Positions 18,722-28,349 of a DNA stretch of 64,000 nucleotides are shown piece after piece. The stretch is from Thermoplasmata archaeon (GTDB lineage Archaea > Thermoplasmatota > Thermoplasmata > Thermoplasmatales > GCA-001856825). The notes beneath the pieces were generated by a model. That model was given only the letters and a program-made list of their open reading frames with translations. It did no database searches and was not told the origin of the DNA. The DNA is taken from the NCBI GenBank assembly GCA_021792255.1, contig JAJYUZ010000002.1, forward strand, positions 1 through 64,000, given 5' to 3'. The translations under genes were made by a program, and so were the position numbers. Position 1 is the stretch's first letter, and each line of letters starts with the position of its first letter.

Positions 18722-20191
18722 CTAATCCCTCTTTACCGCCAGTTCGTGGGCCAGTAAGAATGGAACTGCGATCCACAAGACTGCAGATATCACGAGCAGA
18801 ATCGGAGTTACACCATAAGTCGCGGGATTTATGCTCTGGACTCTTCCGCCTAGACTGCTGAACCCTCCGAGCGTGTGAATAATGTAGAGCTGTAGCAGCG
18901 AAGCATACCCCGAAGGACTTGCGTAGTCGAAGGCGACTTGGAACGAGATATAAGTTGACGTCCCTGAAGTTATGCCAAATACGGAAACTAGAACGTCGAA
19001 TATGACTCCCCAGAATAGGGAAAATACCATGAATACCCCTATCAGGCTTCCGAGCAGGGCTCCCTGCGATTTCAGAATGTGCGAAAAGAAGTACGAGATT
19101 GCCAAGAAGGATATCCCCACCGTCGAGTAAGCCCACGAAACCTGCAAGAGGAACGTCATAGGCATGAAAACGTGGTAGTACCTGTAGGATATCAGATCGC
19201 TTACGATTATGGCGATTATGATGGATGCTGCAACAACTACTGCATTTGCCAAAAACCTGGACCTGATGGCCTCGCCCTTTGTAATCGGTCTCTTTAGTAC
19301 CGATTCAAGGACGCCTGTAACTCTATCCTTTCCATAGGTGAAATATGCCATGAACACCGAGAGCAATGGTATGAAAATTATGAGAATGCTGCCTTCGCCC
19401 GAAAAGAAAGAGGATTCTATTGTACTCGTTTTGTAAGGGGCGAATACCGATAATGGGCCAAGTACAGTGAAGTAGTTTATCGGAACAGATGTGGAAGAAT
19501 TACCTTCTATCGATACCCCATACTCCTTCCCAATTGCACTGGCACCAAGATTCGGAAATACCACATTGTAGGTGAAATTCGAATACTGATCTTTTGATAC
19601 ATTGGTGGTGTTGAAGGAAGAGCTACCTTTGGTCGAGTTGATTGATACCAAGGTTACTTTCAGTGGAGGAGCTGTGTGGTCTCCTGTTGCCCCAACATAA
19701 AACAGCATATAACCAAGGTTAGAAGAATTGCTTGGATTGAAGATTCCTGGCACAACATCCAGTCCTGAATAGTTAAGCCTCAGAGTATTCACGGTAACGT
19801 ACGACGACACGCTAGTTCTAAATCCAAATTGTTTGTAACTGTAATTGAGGTCAACCACGGAAGCGGGAGATTGCGTTGTAATCTTGAAATGGAAGATACC
19901 GGGCGAAGTTTCGGCACCGGGATAGACTGTTCCGTTTAAAGATGCGTTTACGATTATGTTCGAGGCCGGACTTCCGTGAGCATCGTAGAAATACGATATC
20001 AGTGTGAGGTTGTCGCCGACCGCATAGTAACCAGTTACTTCGCTGACCCCCCCTCCACCAATCGACCTTGCGGTTGAAATTGATCCTATCTCGTAAGAGA
20101 TAAGGGCAGAAAGACCGATTATAACTACAATCATGACTATCGAGAACTTGCCGGTCAAAGATCTCTGAATTTCATAGAATACCGGTTTCAT
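18722..20191 (-). CDS. ABC-2 type transporter permease with large extracellular domain
   Basis: N-terminal TM, Ser/Thr/Asn-rich external domain, KDRVTGVLESVLKRPITK motif and 5 C-terminal TMs; overlaps the ATPase gene. Confidence 0.85.
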   Translation of the reverse strand: MKPVFYEIQRSLTGKFSIVMIVVIIGLSALISYEIGSISTARSIGGGGVSEVTGYYAVGDNLTLISYFYDAHGSPASNIIVNASLNGTVYPGAETSPGIFHFKITTQSPASVVDLNYSYKQFGFRTSVSSYVTVNTLRLNYSGLDVVPGIFNPSNSSNLGYMLFYVGATGDHTAPPLKVTLVSINSTKGSSSFNTTNVSKDQYSNFTYNVVFPNLGASAIGKEYGVSIEGNSSTSVPINYFTVLGPLSVFAPYKTSTIESSFFSGEGSILIIFIPLLSVFMAYFTYGKDRVTGVLESVLKRPITKGEAIRSRFLANAVVVAASIIIAIIVSDLISYRYYHVFMPMTFLLQVSWAYSTVGISFLAISYFFSHILKSQGALLGSLIGVFMVFSLFWGVIFDVLVSVFGITSGTSTYISFQVAFDYASPSGYASLLQLYIIHTLGGFSSLGGRVQSINPATYGVTPILLVISAVLWIAVPFLLAHELAVKRD

Positions 20192-21105
20192 GAGTTCTCA
20201 CCTATCGTATTAAAGAAGAACTCTTCGAGTGATTCACCAGATGGCTCGAATCTCCTCACCTTGTAACCCATTTGAACTAGGGATTTGACGATCTCGGGAT
20301 AACTGCTCCTCTCAATTCTCATTGACGTCAAATTTATTCCATTTCTTCCTTCCTTTACGTCTCCGTATTTCGAAAGCAGACCAAGCGCTTTTTCATCATA
20401 GTCGTCGATTTCTATTGCAATCTTCTCTCTCCCCAGCTCATTCAGCTGGCCCTTGTCAAGAGTCTTTACGAGTTTTCCATGGTGTATGATTGCAATTCTA
20501 TCCGACACCATTTCTATCTCGCTAAGTATGTGAGAAGAAAGTAGTATAGCCTTGCCCTTCTTCTTCTGGTCGACTATTAGGTTCCTTACAAACTGAACTC
20601 CTTCAGGATCCAGTCCATTGAGCGTCTCATCAAACATTAGATTGTCTGGATCGCCAACCAGAGATTCTGCAAGAGAGAACCTCTTCTTCATCCCTTGAGA
20701 ATAAGCCCTTAACTTTTTGTCACGGTGGTCCCATAATCCAACCTGTTTTAGAAGATCGTTTACGTGTTCTTTCTCCTGATCTTCTGTAAGACCGTAATAA
20801 CCCGCAAAGTACCTCATCAGCGGAATCGGTTTGGCATTCATCTCAAAGTTCGGGAGTTCCGGAACCCACCCTATCTGTCTGGATGCAGCAATTTTTTCCT
20901 TCGTTATGCTTTTCCCATTCACAAGAACATCTCCAGAAGTTGGCAGAGTCACTCCAGCAGCGATCCTGATTGTGGTCGATTTTCCGGCACCGTTGAGTCC
21001 AACGAATCCAAATATCTCTCCATTCTTGATCTCCAGTGAGAATGCATCGACAGCAGGTCCTTCTTTTGCGGAATATATCTTAGTGAGATTTTCTATCGTT
21101 ATCAT
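20188..21105 (-). CDS. ABC transporter ATP-binding protein
   Basis: GLNGAGKST, YSQGMKKR, FDETLNGLDP and SSH motifs; start at ATG 21105. Confidence 0.93.
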   Translation of the reverse strand: MITIENLTKIYSAKEGPAVDAFSLEIKNGEIFGFVGLNGAGKSTTIRIAAGVTLPTSGDVLVNGKSITKEKIAASRQIGWVPELPNFEMNAKPIPLMRYFAGYYGLTEDQEKEHVNDLLKQVGLWDHRDKKLRAYSQGMKKRFSLAESLVGDPDNLMFDETLNGLDPEGVQFVRNLIVDQKKKGKAILLSSHILSEIEMVSDRIAIIHHGKLVKTLDKGQLNELGREKIAIEIDDYDEKALGLLSKYGDVKEGRNGINLTSMRIERSSYPEIVKSLVQMGYKVRRFEPSGESLEEFFFNTIGENS

Positions 21106-21144
21106 TGGGTCCACTCGATTCCTTAACCGTAAGAACAAAAATCC

Positions 21145-21168
21145 ATATAACGATATCGATATCGATAA
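21145..21168 (-). promoter_or_regulatory. Putative operator TTATCGATATCGATATCGTTATAT (copy 1)
   Basis: Exact 24-bp match to 46060-46083, with palindromic core CGATATCGATATCG; about 40 nt upstream of the ABC ATPase start. Confidence 0.7.
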
Positions 21169-21241
21169 TTAGGGAAACCAAGGAGCAATCAATGTCATAC
21201 TATTCCACGAACTTTCATATAAATTGAAATCATAATGAGCC

Positions 21242-22252
21242 ATGGACTTCGTTTCTCAATACAAGGGGGAAGTCGATTTAGCACTAGAAGAATTCTTCGT
21301 CAAAAAGGAAGCAGGAAAATCCGGAATCGAAAAGGATGCTATTTCCAAATTGAGAGAGTTCACCATGCGGGGAGGAAAGAGGATAAGACCCGTGTTCATG
21401 ATTCTTGGATACTGGCTTAATTCGGATATTGATAGCAAGATCGTCAGCGCATCAGTGTCTCTGGAACTAATGCAATCTTACCTGCTGATACACGACGACA
21501 TAATAGATCAGAGCGATGTGAGAAGAGGTGGACCGACCTTCCATAAGATGTTCGGATACGAAGAAAGGATCAACGAAGGAATCTCTATAGTGTGCGCAGA
21601 TCTATCTGATGCATATTCTCACGAGGCACTTCTTGAGGGAGATTTTGCACCAGATCGTCTTAATAAGGCTATGAAGCTAATGTCCGAAACCGTCGAGTAC
21701 ACGGGAATAGGGCAGCTCATGGACATTACCCTGTCGCTGGGAAATAATATCACGCCGGAAGATGTGACCTCGATCCACAAATACAAAACCGCGCAGTATA
21801 CTGTCAATGGCCCGATGAAAATGGGAGCGATTCTTGCCGGCTATCACGATCCGGAAAAGATAGACAGTTACGGAATCCCATTGGGAATTGCATTCCAGAT
21901 AAAAGATGACATACTTGGCATGTTCGGCAACGAGAAGGATCTGGGGAAATCAGTCGTGAGCGATTTCGAGGAAGGAAAGATGACTCACCTGATCCTTTAC
22001 ACCTATGAGATGGCAAAGAAGAGCGAAGTGGAGTTCATAAAGGAAAGAATAGGCAGGAAGGCAGTTTCGGACAATGATTTCTTGAGGGTCAAAGAAATTG
22101 TTGAAAACTGCGGAGCTTTGGAAAAGACCAGAGAACTCTCCCGGATGTACTACGACAAGGCGATCTCCTCGATAGATGACTTGACAGACTCTTCGGCTCA
22201 GAGGAGTCAGCTGAATATAATGGCTGACCTGATGGTGAGGAGAGTCAAGTAG
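21242..22252 (+). CDS. Polyprenyl diphosphate synthase (GGPP synthase-like)
   Basis: GGKRIRP, FARM LIHDDIIDQSDVRRG, GQLMD, KTA and SARM FQIKDDILG. Confidence 0.92.
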   Translation: MDFVSQYKGEVDLALEEFFVKKEAGKSGIEKDAISKLREFTMRGGKRIRPVFMILGYWLNSDIDSKIVSASVSLELMQSYLLIHDDIIDQSDVRRGGPTFHKMFGYEERINEGISIVCADLSDAYSHEALLEGDFAPDRLNKAMKLMSETVEYTGIGQLMDITLSLGNNITPEDVTSIHKYKTAQYTVNGPMKMGAILAGYHDPEKIDSYGIPLGIAFQIKDDILGMFGNEKDLGKSVVSDFEEGKMTHLILYTYEMAKKSEVEFIKERIGRKAVSDNDFLRVKEIVENCGALEKTRELSRMYYDKAISSIDDLTDSSAQRSQLNIMADLMVRRVK

Positions 22253-23507
22253 CCCCCCTCACAAACTTTCTGCCACCGCCAATGGGCATAGTTGCATCCA
22301 TACCCATTTTGGAAGTCGTATTGTCTTCACCACTGCTCGGGTCAAGGGACGATCCCCTCTCCCTCTTGATTATTATACCTCTGTCCGCCTGAAACCTGGT
22401 AGCTAGTGCCCATTCAACGTCTCTATCGTCGTATATGTCTATATCCTCGTCCACCACTATTACTCGCTTCAGGCTCTTGTGGCCCCTGAACGACGCCTCT
22501 ACCGTTTTACTGAAATCGTCCTCACTAGACTTCCTAATCTTGACAATGGCGTGAAGCCAACTTGCACCGCCCTCGCTTAAACGTACGTCTCTCGCGTCCA
22601 CTCCCTCCTTACGAACTTCCTTGAAGATCGTCGGTTCCCTTGGAAGCCCCATCAAATTGAAGTGCTCCATCGTCGCAGGTACGAGAGCGTGGTAAATCGG
22701 ATTTCTGACCGTTTCAACTGAATCGAAGAGGATCTGAGGTTGCCCCTCCTGAATGTCATAGGTTCCCGTGACGTCCTTGAACGGCCCCTCTTCCTTAGTC
22801 TTCTCCGTCAATACGGCGTTAATGACGTAGTCCGACTCCGCTGGCACCATCAACCCAAATTTTGATTTTGAAAACAACATATCCTTGCCTTTCGATTTAC
22901 GATAAAGGGAAGCCCCTACCATGGATTCGTCTCGCTCGAACGGTACCGATGTCGCTGCAGCAAGCAGGTATTCCAGAGGCGAGCCTATGACAATAGATAC
23001 TTTCAGTTCCTCCCCGTGCGATACGGCATCTTTGTAGATCCTGAGAAGGTCTCTTGGGACCAACCTCACGTAGCCTCCCTTCTCGCTTTCGACAAAGACC
23101 CTGTGAATGGAAAGGTTCCTCTTTCCATTCCTTTCGGCAACGAATATGCCTGACGTTATGTAATATCCTGCGTCTCCCGGATAGTTCCAGCAGACGGGGA
23201 CGTCGCCCATGTCGGTCCTTTCCTTGAAGAGCTTTTCGCCCTCTTTGAGGGCAGTGCTTTCGGTGAGCGAAGACTCATAGTTTGTCAGGAACTGTTCCCT
23301 TGTCATTCTTAGCTCCCTGTATATTCTTTCTCTGCTAGCCCAGAGATTCAAAACCCCCCTGCTGTCATCAAGATTCTCAAGCATCACAGGTTTCCCTTCA
23401 TACTTTTTCGCAATTTCTGTGATCTGTAATTTCCTTGAAACCCTCTCGCTTATTTTCACAAAGTCACCATTTACGTATCTTTCTATCAACTCCCCACCCC
23501 CCTGCAT
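22245..23507 (-). CDS. UbiD family prFMN-dependent decarboxylase
   Basis: NLSIHR, VPRDL, EEGPFKDVTGTYD, VVDEDID...VEWALATRFQAD, SSLDPS and KMGMDAT motifs. Confidence 0.9.
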   Translation of the reverse strand: MQGGGELIERYVNGDFVKISERVSRKLQITEIAKKYEGKPVMLENLDDSRGVLNLWASRERIYRELRMTREQFLTNYESSLTESTALKEGEKLFKERTDMGDVPVCWNYPGDAGYYITSGIFVAERNGKRNLSIHRVFVESEKGGYVRLVPRDLLRIYKDAVSHGEELKVSIVIGSPLEYLLAAATSVPFERDESMVGASLYRKSKGKDMLFSKSKFGLMVPAESDYVINAVLTEKTKEEGPFKDVTGTYDIQEGQPQILFDSVETVRNPIYHALVPATMEHFNLMGLPREPTIFKEVRKEGVDARDVRLSEGGASWLHAIVKIRKSSEDDFSKTVEASFRGHKSLKRVIVVDEDIDIYDDRDVEWALATRFQADRGIIIKRERGSSLDPSSGEDNTTSKMGMDATMPIGGGRKFVRGAT

Positions 23508-23520
23508 TTCAACTGGAGAG

Positions 23521-24798
23521 TCATGGAGTTACCCTGGTCCTGTCCCTGGGAAAGAGAGTTGTCTCCCGGATATTGGAAATATTGAGTAGAACCATCGTGA
23601 GTCGCTCTAGTCCTATTGCCCATCCAGCGTGCGGAGGCATGCCGTACCTGAAAGCATTAACATAGAAAGCGAATGACTCCGGGTTCAGCCCCTTTGCTTT
23701 CAGATTATTGACAAGTACCTCGGGAGAATGTACCCTTTGTGCCCCACTGGTAATCTCTAACTCTCCAAATTGTAAATCAAACCCTCTCGAATATTGTTCA
23801 TCATGTGGCTGGACGTAGAAGGGTTTTAGCGCTCTTGGCCATCTGGTTATAAAGTAAAACTCGTTCATTCCCCCACCTACCGTCTTGAGGACCAGAGTAG
23901 AGAGATCCTCCCCGTCCTTCAAGTCGATTCCCTTCTCATTCGCCATCTTGACGTACTCACTGTACGTTATCCTCCTGAACTTGTAATCGATTGTGGGATT
24001 GCTTACCCCAAGTATTTCGAGCTCCCTTTGGTTGGAATCTGCCACAGAACGGAATGCAGTTTTTATGACCTCTTCTAGAACATCCATCACGTCATTATCG
24101 TCCACGAAGCTCATTTCCATATCCAGTGAGGTAAATTCGTTGATGTGTCTCGGGGTATTGTGTTCTTCAGCCCTGAATGCAGGGGCGACCTCAAACACTT
24201 TATCAAATCCTGCAGACATCATTATCTCTTTGTAAAGTTGAGGACTCTGGCTCAGGTACGCATTTCTTTCAAAGTACTTTACTGGAAAGAGCTCCGTTCC
24301 TCCCTCAGTTGCAGCCGCAACTATTTTTGGTGAATGAATCTCTATGAATCCTTTTTGAACAAAGTAATTTCTTATGGCGTTTGAGATGGTGCTCTGTATT
24401 TTGAAAATGGAAAGGATTTCTGGTCTCCTCAGATCAAGGAATCTGTTCTCGAGTCTGGTCTCGATGTCCGAGTCTATCCTATCAACGACACCAAGCGGTA
24501 GCGGTGTTTCGGCCTTGTTGAGTATGTCTAAATGGTTGATTTGAACCTCATAACCTATCTTTGCTTGACTCTTTACCGCCAACCCCTTTATTGACATCAC
24601 GGTTTCCCTAGGAATTGTCTTGAGGTCGTTGAACAGTTCTTCGTTTCCCTTTCTCAACAATACCCCCTGAACTGTTCCTGATACGTCTCTCAACTCGATG
24701 AACAGGACCGAGCTCATGACCCTTATGTTTTGGGCCCAACCTGAGATTTCGACTTCGGAATCCATATGGTCCTTTACTTTTCCAATCAGTATTCTCAT
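23521..24798 (-). CDS. aspS: Aspartate--tRNA ligase (archaeal; probably discriminating)
   Basis: OB fold, [20 protein letters not shown], motif 2 [12 protein letters not shown], and motif 3 [15 protein letters not shown]. Confidence 0.95.
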   Translation of the reverse strand: MRILIGKVKDHMDSEVEISGWAQNIRVMSSVLFIELRDVSGTVQGVLLRKGNEELFNDLKTIPRETVMSIKGLAVKSQAKIGYEVQINHLDILNKAETPLPLGVVDRIDSDIETRLENRFLDLRRPEILSIFKIQSTISNAIRNYFVQKGFIEIHSPKIVAAATEGGTELFPVKYFERNAYLSQSPQLYKEIMMSAGFDKVFEVAPAFRAEEHNTPRHINEFTSLDMEMSFVDDNDVMDVLEEVIKTAFRSVADSNQRELEILGVSNPTIDYKFRRITYSEYVKMANEKGIDLKDGEDLSTLVLKTVGGGMNEFYFITRWPRALKPFYVQPHDEQYSRGFDLQFGELEITSGAQRVHSPEVLVNNLKAKGLNPESFAFYVNAFRYGMPPHAGWAIGLERLTMVLLNISNIRETTLFPRDRTRVTP

Positions 24799-24875
24799 CC
24801 GAACCGTTGATTATCTTTTTAGATATAATAATAATCTGACGATAAGAAATAGATATTCAGAGTTTATATCCCGTC

Positions 24876-25418
24876 ATGGAAATTGGGGTCCTTGACATAC
24901 AGGGGGATGTTTCAGAACACATCAGTATACTCGAAACTCTTGGCACTAAAGTCAGAAAGGTGAGAAGGATACCCGATCTTGACGGAATATCGGGAATCAT
25001 AATTCCAGGCGGGGAGAGCACAGTCATTGGGAGCATAATGAGTCAAAGAGGTATTTCAAAGGTGATTCTGGAAAGAAGAATCCCAGTGATGGGAACTTGT
25101 GCTGGGCTGATTCTGATGTCGGGGAATGTGGAGGGGGAAAGAGGTCTCATTCCATTGCTCAGTATTACGATAAAAAGAAATGGATACGGGAGTCAACGAG
25201 AAAGCTTCGAAGCTGATCTTGCTGTCAAGGGTATCGGCAAGTTTAGAGGCGTTTTCATCAGAGCCCCCCTAGTGACGAAAGTGGAAAGTGGAGAAGTACT
25301 GGCGAGCTACAACGACAAAGCGGTGATGATCTCAGAGGGGAAACACCTGGGGGTCTCATTTCATCCCGAAATTTATGGAGACTCAAGAATACACAGTCTA
25401 TTCATAGACAGACTGTAG
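24876..25418 (+). CDS. pdxT: Pyridoxal 5'-phosphate synthase glutaminase subunit
   Basis: QGDVSEH, PGGEST, GTCAGLI, RNGYGSQRESFE, FIRAP and FHPE motifs. Confidence 0.95.
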   Translation: MEIGVLDIQGDVSEHISILETLGTKVRKVRRIPDLDGISGIIIPGGESTVIGSIMSQRGISKVILERRIPVMGTCAGLILMSGNVEGERGLIPLLSITIKRNGYGSQRESFEADLAVKGIGKFRGVFIRAPLVTKVESGEVLASYNDKAVMISEGKHLGVSFHPEIYGDSRIHSLFIDRL

Positions 25419-25448
25419 GACAATCCTCTAGTTTGGTTTTGAATGTTG

Positions 25449-26519
25449 CTAAATCATTCTTGGTTTTTTCAATATTCCTCTTCCTTCTATATTTCTCGTA
25501 ATAATTGTTATCTCAGATTCAAAGTCAACACTTGGATTGACATATCCCAGACCAATTCCTTTCGAGAGTGATGGGGAGAATGAACCCGAGGTCAGGGAAC
25601 CTATCACCTCATTTCCCTTCTTGAGTACCGAACCGATACGAGGAACGATTCTGTCTAACGCGACAACTCCTCTGAACCTTTCCTTGATGTTTCCCTTTTT
25701 CTCCAGAAGCTTTTTCTTACCAATAAAGTCGTGATCCCAACCAATTATCCAAGAGACTCCAGCTTCTATCGGATTCCTGTCTTCGTTGAAGTCCTGACCA
25801 GAAAGGAGGAATCCTTTTTCCATGCGAAGTGTATCCCTGGCCCCCAGGCCAATGGGTTTTACTAGAGGACTCTTCAGGATCTCCCTCCAGAGGCCAACCG
25901 AATACTTGTTTGGCACCACAAACTCAAATCCATCTTCTCCAGTGTATCCAGTCCTTCCAATTACTGTGGCCGTCTCCAATCCCCTTTCCGGATATTTATC
26001 CGAAGCTCCCAAGAAGGTGAAATGATTCAATTTGTTTGCCTCAGGAAAAATGTCCTTCATGACTTCTGGTGCCAGGGGCCCCTGAAGAGCAAGACAGGAC
26101 AATCTATCTGAAAGATTTGTTACTTTTACGTCGTACGATTTTCTACTCGCGACTATCCAATTATATACCTTTTCAATGGTCGCAGCGTTTGGCACGACTA
26201 GGTATTTGTTTTCCTCTACTTTGTAAATGATTGTATCATCTATCATGTCGGCTTCCTGATTCAGATATGCTGAATATATCGCTTTTCCGACGGGTTCTTT
26301 TGAAATATCTGTAGGGAAAAGATAGGTCAGGAATTCCTGAGAGTCTCTCCCTTCTATGGTTATGTCTCCCATATGGGAGACGTCAAACAGTCCAGCCTTC
26401 GATCTGACTTGCTTGTGTTCCTCGAGAATTCCAGAGAATTGGATTGGCATGTCCCAGCCGTGAAAATCGACCATCTTTGCATTTAAACTGACCACTTCAT
26501 TGTAAAGAGAAGTCCTCAT
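25449..26519 (-). CDS. gcvT: Glycine cleavage system aminomethyltransferase T
   Basis: GWDMP, FDVSHMG, ALQGP, RTGYTGEDGFE and GLGARDTLRMEKG motifs. Confidence 0.95.
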   Translation of the reverse strand: MRTSLYNEVVSLNAKMVDFHGWDMPIQFSGILEEHKQVRSKAGLFDVSHMGDITIEGRDSQEFLTYLFPTDISKEPVGKAIYSAYLNQEADMIDDTIIYKVEENKYLVVPNAATIEKVYNWIVASRKSYDVKVTNLSDRLSCLALQGPLAPEVMKDIFPEANKLNHFTFLGASDKYPERGLETATVIGRTGYTGEDGFEFVVPNKYSVGLWREILKSPLVKPIGLGARDTLRMEKGFLLSGQDFNEDRNPIEAGVSWIIGWDHDFIGKKKLLEKKGNIKERFRGVVALDRIVPRIGSVLKKGNEVIGSLTSGSFSPSLSKGIGLGYVNPSVDFESEITIITRNIEGRGILKKPRMI

Positions 26520-26628
26520 CTCCACGTTATGCGAGTTGAAGTATTAACATTGGCGTTCCACTGGAAATTCGGGGGGCCGGGGAGAGTTAAAGTATTTCTA
26601 AGAGGTGCTAATCCTCTGGAGTAATCAA

Positions 26629-26701
26629 GCCGCGATAACTCAGCTGGGAGAGTGCAAGCCTGAAGAGCTTGAAGTCGCCGGTTCGATCCCGGCTCGCGGC
26701 A
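26629..26701 (+). tRNA. tRNA-Phe(GAA)
   Basis: Acceptor stem GCCGCGA/TCGCGGC, anticodon arm CAAGC-CTGAAGA-GCTTG, T loop GTTCGAT; CCA not encoded. Confidence 0.96.
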
Positions 26702-26798
26702 TTTCTTCAAAATAATTCTGAAATTAGATAAAGATATCCAGAACTAATTATTTAGAAAAAGAAAAAATCAAAGACGCACCAGGAACAGGGTCGACTGT

Positions 26799-27155
26799 TT
26801 ACTCAACTTCTCTGTACACGTCTGGCCCTATATCATCAGTGAGGATTTCCTCCGCCTTGTCGAGTTTAGGTAGAATGTCGTCGAGGTTGTCCTCCTCATA
26901 GTGAGCGTACTTTATCCTTCCTACCGACATCCGATATGAACCCGGGCACATCATACCTTCCTTAACTACCACTGCGTCTGGCTGAAGCCTAAGAATAGCG
27001 GCCATAGTTATTTCCTTTCCCCCATGGGTTCTTTCGAATCCCGGGTTCTCGTATTGACTTATCTTTTTTTCGCTTGTGTCAACTATGCTTATTAGCTCTC
27101 CCAGATCGAGAGGAACCAGGTTGTTCTCTTTGCTATGAACTACTGCAATCTTCAT
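26799..27155 (-). CDS. Conserved hypothetical protein, possibly NifB/NifX (FeMo-co) family fold
   Basis: MKIAVV...YENPG...HGG...PDAVVV...MCPGS pattern resembling the NifX-like family. Confidence 0.5.
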   Translation of the reverse strand: MKIAVVHSKENNLVPLDLGELISIVDTSEKKISQYENPGFERTHGGKEITMAAILRLQPDAVVVKEGMMCPGSYRMSVGRIKYAHYEEDNLDDILPKLDKAEEILTDDIGPDVYREVE

Positions 27156-27204
27156 TACCCTGATTTTCAAAGCTCAAATTTAAGTTTAATGTTTGATGGC
27201 CGGC

Positions 27205-27296
27205 TAAATGATGCCCCCAATCCGATTCCGAATCCCTGACCGTATTTCTCACTTTAGATGCACGTCCAGTCAGTGAAGAGAAGACCCTCCTGACGC
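27205..27296 (+). ncRNA. Possible box C/D-like sRNA (atypical)
   Basis: ATGATGC (27208), CTGA (27236), GTGAAGA (27273) and CTGA (27290) in C-D'-C'-D order in an intergenic gap; spacing is non-canonical. Confidence 0.3.
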
Positions 27297-27386
27297 GTCC
27301 AATTTTGTATAATAAGGTCTAGAAAGAACTTCCAATTATCCATAATCTTATCGCACATATATTATAACGAGAGAGAATAGAGCAGT

Positions 27387-28349
27387 GTGCAAGTTCTCCT
27401 AGGAGGAACGTTCAGTATCCTACACAAGGCTCACAAGGAAATGATCCGCCGAGGTCTGAAGGTGGGAGACCTGATAATAGGCCTTACCTCAGACCGATTC
27501 AATTTCAACAAGAGGTACGAGGTCCCTCCATACGAAACGAGGAAGAGAAATCTGGAGGATTATCTTAAGAGTATAGGAGTTTCGGCAGTGATAAGAGAGC
27601 TCATGGAACCATATGGTTCTACTCTGTCTCCAGAATTCGGGGCCATCGTATCTTCCAATGAGACTTTCGAATTCATTTCAAATGTCAATTTTATGAGGCG
27701 GTCCAAAGGCTTACAGCCTCTTCGGGTTGAAAATGTAGGAGAAATTCTTGCAGACGACCTAATGCCCATCAAGTCGGAGAGAATTATCAAGGGTAGAATT
27801 GATGAAAACGGAAGGAGAAAGAGTAGCATCGAGATAGTCCTAGCGACAAAGAATCCGGAGAAAATAAAGGGCGCAAGAAGCTTCTTTGACAGGACTTTTA
27901 AGATGTATGCCATAGAAACGTTAGAGCCGAAAATTAGGGTTCATTCCCAGCCGGTGAACAACGAAATTTTTGAAGGGGCAAGGGGAAGAGTTGAGGGAAT
28001 AGATGAAAGCTATGATTACGCAATAGGAATTGAGGCTGGAATTATTTCGTTTCACGGGATAAATTATGATGCGCATGTCGCAGCGGTAAAAGACTCTCTC
28101 GGGTCAGTATCTTATGGCATATCTTCTGGTCTTCCCATTAACAATTCCATAATGGAAAGTGTGAAGCACGGCTTTGATCTGGAAGAAATTACAAACGAAC
28201 TCATAGGCGTTGACAATTCTGGTGATTTCAGGGGTGCATCATACTACTTTTCGGGGGGCCTGAAGGAAAGGAACAAGCTAGTCGAAGAAGCTTTGGAGTC
28301 TGCATTCATCCAACGAACAGAAGAGGCAGTGCCTAGAAAAGTCATATGA
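27387..28349 (+). CDS. coaD: Bifunctional phosphopantetheine adenylyltransferase / inosine-xanthosine triphosphatase (YjjX-like)
   Basis: N-terminal GGTFSILHKAH, GLTSD and IKSERI; C-terminal ATKNPEKI, SQP...GARGR and IGIEAG. Confidence 0.88.
   Translation: MQVLLGGTFSILHKAHKEMIRRGLKVGDLIIGLTSDRFNFNKRYEVPPYETRKRNLEDYLKSIGVSAVIRELMEPYGSTLSPEFGAIVSSNETFEFISNVNFMRRSKGLQPLRVENVGEILADDLMPIKSERIIKGRIDENGRRKSSIEIVLATKNPEKIKGARSFFDRTFKMYAIETLEPKIRVHSQPVNNEIFEGARGRVEGIDESYDYAIGIEAGIISFHGINYDAHVAAVKDSLGSVSYGISSGLPINNSIMESVKHGFDLEEITNELIGVDNSGDFRGASYYFSGGLKERNKLVEEALESAFIQRTEEAVPRKVI

Noticed and set aside
26516-26710. 64-aa minus-strand ORF
   Set aside because: It is the antisense translation of tRNA-Phe.
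27387-28349. CoaD-YjjX fusion as a novelty
   Set aside because: A known bifunctional arrangement in Thermoplasmatales.
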